Source of the DNA: Bacillales bacterium
GTDB lineage: Bacteria; Bacillota_I; Bacilli_A; RF39; UBA660
Assembly: GCA_016282155.1 (NCBI GenBank)
Contig: JAEEJY010000022.1
Coordinates: forward strand, 58,817-122,816
DNA: 64,000 nucleotides
Direction: 5' to 3'
In this document: one piece after another, positions 56,912-64,000 of the stretch
How the letters are laid out: every line of letters starts with the position of its first letter
Numbering within the stretch: the first letter of the stretch is position 1
Made by a program: the position numbers and the translations under genes
Notes under the pieces: generated by a model
Database searches by the model: none
What the model was told of the DNA's origin: nothing
What the model saw: the letters and a program-made list of their open reading frames with translations, nothing else

Positions 56912-59281
56912 ATGATAAGTTTAAATTGGATTAAAGACTATGTTAATTTAGATGGTGAAGATTTAAAAGAATTAGCCGTTAAAATAACAAAAGCTGGTTT
57001 AAATATTGAAGATGTTATTACTAATCATATTGATAACTTAGTTATTGGTGAAGTAGTAGAATGTGTTAATCATCCAGATTCCGACCATTTACATGTTTGT
57101 AAAGTTAATGTGGGAAAAGAAGTAACTCAAATAGTATGTGGTGCTTCTAATGTTAGAGAAGGTATCAAAGTAATAGTTGCTTTACCAGGCGCTGTATTAC
57201 CAGGAAACTTTGAAATTAAAGCTGGTAAAATTCGTGGTGAAGAATCTAATGGTATGATCTGTGCTTTATTTGAATTAGGGTTAGAAGAAAAAACAGAAGA
57301 AACATACGCTAAGGGAATTGAAGAACTTCCTAGTGATGCTCCAGTAGGTGAAGATCCTCTTGCTTATTTAGGATTAGATGATACTTTATATGATTTAGAT
57401 TATCATAAGAGAAGAAATAATGATGTTTATTACCATATAGGATTTGCTTATGAAGTTGGTACTATCTTAGGTAAAGAAGTAAAACTTCCTGAAGCAAAAT
57501 ATACTGAAGTAAATGACGATGTTAATAATCATGTTAAATTAACTGTTGAAACAGATAAATGTCCATATTACTTAGGTAAAATGGTTAAAAATGTTAAAAT
57601 TGGTGAATCACCAGAATGGATTAAGAAAAGAATTACTGCGGCTGGTATGCGACCAATTAATAATGTTGTAGATATCTCTAACTTTGTTATGTTAGAGTAC
57701 TGCCAACCAACACATTTCTTTGATGCGGATAAACTAGGTAATACTGTTTTAGTAAGAGATGCTAAAGATGGTGAAGTTATCACTACTTTAGATGGCAAAG
57801 AAAGAGAATTAATTAGTAAGGATATAGTTATTACTGATGGTGTTAAGCCAACTTGTATCGCTGGTGTTATGGGTGGCGAAAATACTGAAGTTGATGAAAA
57901 TACAAAAAATATATTTATTGAAGCTGCTATCTTTGATTCTGTAGCAATCAGAAATACAGCTAATAGATTACAACTTAAGAGTGAAGCATCTATTAGATAT
58001 GGTAAAGGATTAAATTATGAATATACAGAGGCTGCTATTAATAGATGCTGTGCATTATTAGAAGAGTATGCTGGTGGTGAAGTATGTTCTGGTATGCTTA
58101 AACATGATACAGTAGATAAAACTCCTAAGAAAGTAGAATTTACAGCAACACAAATTAATAAAGTATTAGGTATAACTATTACTGATGAAGATGTTAAAAC
58201 AGAATTAAAAAGACTTGATTTTGAATATACATATAATGATGGAAAATTTGATGTAACTATTCCAAATAGAAGACTTGATATTGAGCCTAATATTGCTGAT
58301 ATGGCTGAAGAAATTGGTCGTTTATATGGATATCATAATCTAGTATCAACACTTCCAACTGTTAAAACTAGACGCGGTGTTTATGTAGGAAATGTTAAGT
58401 TAAGAAAGAGTATTTCTAAGAGATTAAGAGCTTTAGGTTTAAATGAAGTTAAGACATATACTTTAGTAAGTCCAGAAATGGCTAAATTATTTAGATATGA
58501 TAATAAAGAAAATGCTTTACTTCCAAACCCAATGAGTATGGATAAATCAGTAGTAAGAACTAGTCTTATCCCATCTCTTGTTAATACATATGAATATAAT
58601 AAAGCTCGTAAAGTAAATGATATTTTATTATATGAAATAGCTAATACTTACGATAAAGACTATAAAGAAGATACAAAAGTAAGTATGTTATTAAAAGGTA
58701 ATTATATTTCAAATAATTGGCAAGGTTCAATAAAGGTAGATTTCTATATAGTTAAAGGTATAATTGAAAATTTACTTGACTATTTAGGATTTAAAAATAG
58801 ATATTCTTATGTCGTAAATGAATTACCAGAAATGCATCCAGGAATGTCAGCTACTATCTTATTAGATCGTGAACCAATTGGTATGTTTGGTAGAGTTCAT
58901 CCATCATATAAGAAAGATGAAATCTATGTTGTTGAACTTTCAATGAGTAAACTATATGAAAAACAAGTTAAACCATTAAAATATAAAGAAGCTAATAAAT
59001 ATCCTGAAATTTCTAAAGATGTTGCTTTCGTAGTTAAGAAAAATGTAACAGCATCTACTTTGATTGATCAAATTAGAAGATCAGGAGGTAGACTTCTTAC
59101 TGATATAGATGTATTTGATGTTTATGTAGGGGAAAATGTAGCAGATGATGAGAAGTCACTTGCATTCAATTTAAAATTCGCAGATCCTACACGTACATTA
59201 ACAGAAGAAGAAGTAATGACTGTATTTAATAAGATAATTACAGAAGTAGAAAGTAAACTTGATGCAAAATTAAGAAGCTAA
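56912..59281 (+). CDS. pheT: phenylalanine--tRNA ligase beta subunit
   Basis: 789 aa. N-terminal tRNA-binding OB domain (VGEVVECVNHPDSDHLHVCKV), B3/4 and B5 domains, and a FDX-ACB C-terminus. Confidence 0.95.
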   Translation: MISLNWIKDYVNLDGEDLKELAVKITKAGLNIEDVITNHIDNLVIGEVVECVNHPDSDHLHVCKVNVGKEVTQIVCGASNVREGIKVIVALPGAVLPGNFEIKAGKIRGEESNGMICALFELGLEEKTEETYAKGIEELPSDAPVGEDPLAYLGLDDTLYDLDYHKRRNNDVYYHIGFAYEVGTILGKEVKLPEAKYTEVNDDVNNHVKLTVETDKCPYYLGKMVKNVKIGESPEWIKKRITAAGMRPINNVVDISNFVMLEYCQPTHFFDADKLGNTVLVRDAKDGEVITTLDGKERELISKDIVITDGVKPTCIAGVMGGENTEVDENTKNIFIEAAIFDSVAIRNTANRLQLKSEASIRYGKGLNYEYTEAAINRCCALLEEYAGGEVCSGMLKHDTVDKTPKKVEFTATQINKVLGITITDEDVKTELKRLDFEYTYNDGKFDVTIPNRRLDIEPNIADMAEEIGRLYGYHNLVSTLPTVKTRRGVYVGNVKLRKSISKRLRALGLNEVKTYTLVSPEMAKLFRYDNKENALLPNPMSMDKSVVRTSLIPSLVNTYEYNKARKVNDILLYEIANTYDKDYKEDTKVSMLLKGNYISNNWQGSIKVDFYIVKGIIENLLDYLGFKNRYSYVVNELPEMHPGMSATILLDREPIGMFGRVHPSYKKDEIYVVELSMSKLYEKQVKPLKYKEANKYPEISKDVAFVVKKNVTASTLIDQIRRSGGRLLTDIDVFDVYVGENVADDEKSLAFNLKFADPTRTLTEEEVMTVFNKIITEVESKLDAKLRS

Positions 59282-59294
59282 GGCTTCTTTTTTG
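59272..59294 (+). terminator. intrinsic terminator after pheT (stop codon in the loop)
   Basis: AGAAGC / GCTTCT stem and a T6 run. Confidence 0.75.
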
Positions 59295-59358
59295 CTTTTT
59301 AAGTTAAATATCTACTAAAAGATTAAAATATTTGATATAATATATTATAGGTGAAAGT

Positions 59359-60384
59359 ATGAAAAATATTTATGATTATACTTTGTCTGAGTTAGAAAAT
59401 CTTTTTGTATATTTAGGGTATAAAAAATTTAATGCCAGTCAAGTATATGATTGGATATATAAAAAACGTATAAAAAGTTTTAACGAAATGACAAATGTTA
59501 AAAAAGAGTTAATTGATTATTTAAATGAGAATTTTATATTAGGTAGTATTGAAGTCGTTGAAAGACAAGAAGATATTGATGTTGCTAAGTTCTTATTTAG
59601 ACTTGAAGATGATCAAAAAGTAGAAGCTGTATATATGCATCATGATTATGGACATAGTTTATGTATATCTACCCAAGTAGGATGTAATATGAGTTGTGCT
59701 TTTTGTGAATCAGGAAGACTTAAAAAAAGAAGAGATTTAAAAACTAGTGAGATGGTTGAACAAATTCTTGCTGTTGAAAAAGAACTTAATTTAAGAATTA
59801 CCCATATTGTTTTAATGGGTATAGGTGAACCTTTTGATAACTATGATAATGTCATGAAATTTATTGATATAGTTAACTGCGGTAAAGGTATTGAATTAGG
59901 TGCTAGACATATAACAGTTTCAACAAGTGGAATTGTTCCTAAAATAAAAGAATTTGCAAAAAGTGATAAACAAGTAAATTTAGCTATTAGTCTACATGCA
60001 TCTAATGATGAATTAAGACGTAAATTAATGCCAATTGATAAAGCATATCCTTTAGATACATTAATGGATGCTATTAAAGAATATATAGGTAAAACTAACA
60101 GAAGAGTTACTTTTGAATATATTATGTTAGATCATGTTAATGACACTAAAGAAAATGCATTAGAACTTGTTAATTTATTAAAAGGAATGAATTGCTATGT
60201 TAATTTAATTCCATATAATGAAACAAGTCATATCGATTTTAAAAAGAGCAGTCAAGAAAGAATAATGAATTTCTATGATATTCTAAAAAAGAATAATATA
60301 AATGTAACAATAAGAAGAGAATTTGGTAGCAAAGTAAGTGCTGCCTGTGGACAACTAAGAGCAAATCATGAGGAGGCAAAATAA
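59359..60384 (+). CDS. rlmN: 23S rRNA/tRNA adenine-C2 methyltransferase RlmN (radical SAM)
   Basis: CISTQVGCNMSCAFCESG radical SAM motif and a C-terminal AACGQL catalytic Cys. Confidence 0.92.
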   Translation: MKNIYDYTLSELENLFVYLGYKKFNASQVYDWIYKKRIKSFNEMTNVKKELIDYLNENFILGSIEVVERQEDIDVAKFLFRLEDDQKVEAVYMHHDYGHSLCISTQVGCNMSCAFCESGRLKKRRDLKTSEMVEQILAVEKELNLRITHIVLMGIGEPFDNYDNVMKFIDIVNCGKGIELGARHITVSTSGIVPKIKEFAKSDKQVNLAISLHASNDELRRKLMPIDKAYPLDTLMDAIKEYIGKTNRRVTFEYIMLDHVNDTKENALELVNLLKGMNCYVNLIPYNETSHIDFKKSSQERIMNFYDILKKNNINVTIRREFGSKVSAACGQLRANHEEAK

Positions 60385-61124
60385 TGGAGTATTGTTATTT
60401 AACTGATCCAGGCAAAATAAGGGATCATAATGAAGATAGTGTAACTATTGTAAAAAATGTTAATAACGAAATATTAATGGCTGTAGCTGATGGAATGGGT
60501 GGTCACCGTGGAGGTGAAATAGCTTCATCTATCGCTATTAATGTTGTTACTAAACGTTTCTCACAAAAAGATACAGTAGGTACTAAAGAAGAAACAATTG
60601 AATTCTTACAAACAGTAGTTAGTGAAGCTAACATGGAAATATATAAATATACAAAAGAACATCCGGAAAGTGATGGCATGGGAACAACTATTGTTCTTGC
60701 TGTATTAACTAAAGATTTCTTACTATTTGGTAATATTGGTGATTCATCAGGATTTGTAATTAAGAATAATAAATTACATAAAATAACTATGGATCACACA
60801 TTAGTTAATTTACTTGTAAGAAGTGGTGAATTAAGCTTAGAGGAAGCTAAAAATCATCCACGTAAAAATGTTCTAATGCGTGCTTTAGGAGCCGTAGTAG
60901 ATGTAGAAATGGATATTTTTGATATTACAGATGAAGTTGATGGAATTCTTCTATGTAGTGATGGTTTAACTAATATGTTAACAGAAGAACAAATAATGAA
61001 GGTATTAGCGGAAGACCATACAGGAGAAGAAAAACTTGAAAAATTAATTATAAAAAGTAATAATAGGGGCGGTACTGATAATATATCAATCGCATACTTA
61101 AACAAAGGTGGTAAAGCGCAATGA
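60384..61124 (+). CDS. prpC: PP2C family Ser/Thr phosphatase
   Basis: NEDS, ADGMGGH, GMGTT, CSDGL and GGTDNIS motifs. ATAATG overlap with rlmN. Confidence 0.92.
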   Translation: MEYCYLTDPGKIRDHNEDSVTIVKNVNNEILMAVADGMGGHRGGEIASSIAINVVTKRFSQKDTVGTKEETIEFLQTVVSEANMEIYKYTKEHPESDGMGTTIVLAVLTKDFLLFGNIGDSSGFVIKNNKLHKITMDHTLVNLLVRSGELSLEEAKNHPRKNVLMRALGAVVDVEMDIFDITDEVDGILLCSDGLTNMLTEEQIMKVLAEDHTGEEKLEKLIIKSNNRGGTDNISIAYLNKGGKAQ

Positions 61125-62842
61125 TAATTAATGGTCAAAAGATTAATGATAGATATCAAATAATTCGAACTATCGGTGAAGGTGGTATGGCTAATGTATA
61201 TTTAGCTTATGACCCAATTCTTGATAGAAATGTCGCAGTAAAAATATTAAGAGGAGATTTAGCTACTGACGAAAAATTCGTAAGAAGATTTCAAAGAGAA
61301 GCTATGAATGCTTCAAGTTTAACTCATCCTAATATTGTGGAAATGTATGATGTAGGAGAAGATAATGGTAACTACTTCATCGTTATGGAATATGTTGATG
61401 GTAAAACTTTAAAGAGTTTAATCAAAAAAAGAGGTAAATTAACTTTACCGGAAGTAATTGATATTATGCTTCAACTTACAAGCGCTATTGCTTGTGCTCA
61501 TGATTCATACATAATACACCGTGATATTAAACCACAAAATGTTATGATCTTAGATGATGGTAGAGTAAAAATAACTGATTTTGGTATAGCAATTGCATCA
61601 AATGCTACAGAACTTACACAAACTAATAGTGTTATGGGATCAGTTCATTATTTACCTCCAGAACAAGCTAATGGTAAAGGAGCTACTATTAAAAGTGATA
61701 TATATTCTTTAGGTATACTTATGTATGAACTTTTAGTAGGAAGAGTACCATTTAAAGGTGAAAATGCTGTTGAGATAGCATTAAAACAATTAAAAGAACC
61801 AATTCCTAGTGTATGTAAAGAAGATGATTCAATACCACAATCTATTGAAAATATCATCTTAAAAGCTTGCGCTAAGAATCCAAAAAATAGATATGATTCA
61901 GTAAGAGAAATGTATGCTGATATTAAGAGTGCACTTGATGAAGACCGTGCTAATGAAAGAAGACTTGTTTATAAATATCCAGAAGATGATATTGAAGAAA
62001 CTAAGACTTTGGTAGATTTACCAGTACCAAAGACTAGAAAGGAAAAAACAGAGTTAGATATGATTGAAGAAAGAGAAGAAGAAAAAGAAAATAAAAAATT
62101 AAATAAAGTAATAGTTATCTTATCAATTGTAGTTGCTCTTGCGTTAGTAGTAATTGGTACAATTTTATTTATTGTTCCTATGTTTGCTCAAACAAAAGAT
62201 GTTAAAATTCCTGATGTTTCTGGTATGACTATTGAAAAAGCTGAAGCTGCTTTAAAGAAAGCTGGACTTAATGTTGCTATTGAACTAGACGAAAGAGCTA
62301 GTGATGAAGTAGAAGAAGGAATTGTAATGGGTACAAGTCCTAAAGCAAAAAGAACAGTTAAAGAAAAAACAGAAATAACTTTAATTGTTTCAATCGGACT
62401 AAAAAAGATAAAGATTGAAGATTATACTGATAAAAACTGTGATGAAGTAAAAGGGGCATTAACAGTTAAAGGATTAAAACCAACTTGTGAATTCAAGAAA
62501 GTTGAAGAAGAAGCTGGGAAAACATATGATGAAGCATTAATCGTTGATCAATCAATTAAGGAAGGCGAAGAAGTAGAACAAGGTACAGAAATTATTCTAT
62601 ATAAGCCATCATTAATTGTTAAATATCCAGATTTTACTTCAGGATATACTATTGATCAAATAAAAGAATGGTGTGAAAAAAATAGTGTTGTTTTAACAGT
62701 AAAAGAAGTACCAACTTATGATTATCCTGCTGGTAAAATATATTGGCAAAGTAGAGAAAAAGATAGTGAAGTAGCAACTAAAAATGCACCACTTACTATT
62801 TATGTAGCTAAGGCCCCAACAGTAGCTACAAGAACACATTAA
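61121..62842 (+). CDS. prkC: PASTA-domain Ser/Thr protein kinase
   Basis: GEGGMANVY, VAVK, HRDIKPQN, DFG and a PPE motif (YLPPE, the APE equivalent). One TM helix and three PASTA-like repeats. Confidence 0.92.
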   Translation: MIINGQKINDRYQIIRTIGEGGMANVYLAYDPILDRNVAVKILRGDLATDEKFVRRFQREAMNASSLTHPNIVEMYDVGEDNGNYFIVMEYVDGKTLKSLIKKRGKLTLPEVIDIMLQLTSAIACAHDSYIIHRDIKPQNVMILDDGRVKITDFGIAIASNATELTQTNSVMGSVHYLPPEQANGKGATIKSDIYSLGILMYELLVGRVPFKGENAVEIALKQLKEPIPSVCKEDDSIPQSIENIILKACAKNPKNRYDSVREMYADIKSALDEDRANERRLVYKYPEDDIEETKTLVDLPVPKTRKEKTELDMIEEREEEKENKKLNKVIVILSIVVALALVVIGTILFIVPMFAQTKDVKIPDVSGMTIEKAEAALKKAGLNVAIELDERASDEVEEGIVMGTSPKAKRTVKEKTEITLIVSIGLKKIKIEDYTDKNCDEVKGALTVKGLKPTCEFKKVEEEAGKTYDEALIVDQSIKEGEEVEQGTEIILYKPSLIVKYPDFTSGYTIDQIKEWCEKNSVVLTVKEVPTYDYPAGKIYWQSREKDSEVATKNAPLTIYVAKAPTVATRTH

Positions 62843-62843
62843 T

Positions 62844-63683
62844 ATGAATGGTAAAATAATTAAAATAATAAGTAATGATTATACAGTCTTAGGGGAAGAT
62901 AATAAAGAATATATCTGCAAAGCTAGAGGAAAATTTCGTAATATGAAAGTTACTCCTCTAGTAGGAGATATAGTTACTTTTGATAAAGATAATCGTTATA
63001 TTATGAAAATACATCCAAGAAAAAATTATTTAATTAGACCTAGTATCGCAAATATTGATCAATTAATAATTATTGCTAGTGTTAAACATCCTGATTTTGA
63101 TACTAATTTACTTGATAAGTTATTAGTTATCTCAGAGTTTAATATGATTCAACCAGTAATATGTTTGACTAAAACAGATCTATTAAATGATAAAGAAAAA
63201 GAATGTATTCAAGAATATGTCGATTATTATGAAAAGATAGGATATGAAGTAGTATTAAATACTAATTTAGATCGTATTAAAGAACTTCTTAAAGATAAAA
63301 TAACAGTATTTACTGGACAATCGGGGGCAGGTAAATCAACATTACTTAATAAATTAGATAGTAGTTTTAATATTAAAACTGGAGAAATATCTCTTGCTTT
63401 AGGAAGAGGAAAACATACTACTCGTCACACAGAGTTATTAAATACTTGTGATGGCTGGGTAGCTGATACTCCAGGATTTAGTTCTTTAGAATTTATTGAA
63501 ATGACTAAAGAAGATATTCGTGATAATTTTGTTGATTTTCAAGCTTTAAGAGATGAATGCAAGTATAAAGATTGTATGCATCTAAAAGATGATAATTGTC
63601 GTATTAAACAAGCTGTTGAAAATGGTGAAATTATTAAGAGTCGTTATGAAAATTATAAAAAGTTTATAGAAGGGATGCATTAG
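62844..63683 (+). CDS. rsgA: ribosome small subunit-dependent GTPase A
   Basis: Circularly permuted GTPase: LTKTDL, GQSGAGKST, DTPGF. Zn knuckle CKYKDCMHLKDDNC. Confidence 0.92.
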   Translation: MNGKIIKIISNDYTVLGEDNKEYICKARGKFRNMKVTPLVGDIVTFDKDNRYIMKIHPRKNYLIRPSIANIDQLIIIASVKHPDFDTNLLDKLLVISEFNMIQPVICLTKTDLLNDKEKECIQEYVDYYEKIGYEVVLNTNLDRIKELLKDKITVFTGQSGAGKSTLLNKLDSSFNIKTGEISLALGRGKHTTRHTELLNTCDGWVADTPGFSSLEFIEMTKEDIRDNFVDFQALRDECKYKDCMHLKDDNCRIKQAVENGEIIKSRYENYKKFIEGMH

Positions 63684-63684
63684 T

Positions 63685-64000
63685 ATGAAGATTTCTCCAT
63701 CTATTTTGTCTATTAAAGAAGATCGTAAATTAAGAATTGCTTTAATGGATAAACAAGATATTGATTATATTCATTTAGATATAATGGATGGTAAATTTGT
63801 AATGAATAAAACTCAAGGTTTTAAAGAAGATTACGAAGAAGTAAGTGATTTAAAGAAACCTTTAGATATTCATATAATGGTTGAAGATATTAAAAAGTAT
63901 GTTGATAATTATGCTTTACTTAAACCAAGAAATATTACTTTTCATTATGAAGCAACTAAAGATCCAGATAGTATTATTGAATATATAAGAAATAAAGGTA
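63685..64000 (+). CDS. rpe: ribulose-phosphate 3-epimerase, N-terminal fragment (continues past the window)
   Basis: MKISPSILS...IDYIHLDIMDGKFV motif. Canonical position after rsgA. Confidence 0.85.
   Translation, partial: MKISPSILSIKEDRKLRIALMDKQDIDYIHLDIMDGKFVMNKTQGFKEDYEEVSDLKKPLDIHIMVEDIKKYVDNYALLKPRNITFHYEATKDPDSIIEYIRNKG

Noticed and set aside
44497-61857. Antisense ORFs 44497-44721, 47212-47625, 50110-50484, 57568-57798, 60854-61159 and 61648-61857
   Set aside because: They lie opposite lon, rnfC, rnfE, pheT, prpC and prkC. The sense-strand genes carry diagnostic motifs.
1-64000. Search for CRISPR arrays, tRNA/rRNA genes, IS elements, integrases, prophage or defence islands
   Set aside because: The longest non-coding stretches (all under 360 nt) are explained by rnpB, the two T-box leaders and promoter/terminator regions. 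No direct-repeat arrays and no transposase-, recombinase- or phage-like proteins were seen.

Overview
Low-GC (about 30% by eye) core-chromosome segment of a Bacillota (Firmicutes) genome. The species cannot be named from sequence alone. Gene order resembles Bacillus-type synteny: recU-ponA / gpsB-rnpB, rodZ-like-pgsA-recA-rny, rimP-nusA-ylxR-infB...rbfA, pheST, and rlmN-prpC-prkC-rsgA-rpe. About 67 protein genes are tightly packed and almost all sit on the + strand. There is one RNase P RNA and two T-box leaders (Phe for pheST; Tyr in front of deoC-NTPase-tyrS). One SOS (LexA) box lies upstream of recA. Many hairpin terminators run straight into extended -10 (TGnTATAAT) promoters. I found no rRNA, tRNA, CRISPR array, transposase, integrase or prophage genes. 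The parts that are not routine are listed here. (1) Three separate monocistronic genes have type IV prepilin-like N-termini and large passenger domains, one of them an RCC1-like propeller array, yet the window holds no pilus machinery. (2) The rnf operon is atypical: RnfD-RnfG fusion, two unlisted micro-ORFs of 33 and 36 aa, and an 88-aa RnfB lacking ferredoxin domains. (3) A strongly promoted gene encodes a 417-aa secreted protein with a TasA/SipW-type signal peptide, followed by two small unknown genes. (4) A Tyr T-box sits in front of deoC and has a degenerate terminator. (5) Several signs of gene reduction or insertion: an 84-aa RimP, an ABC-2 module inserted between infB and rbfA, and cca separated from an HD-domain gene. 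Every function is inferred from motifs read by eye. No database search was run.
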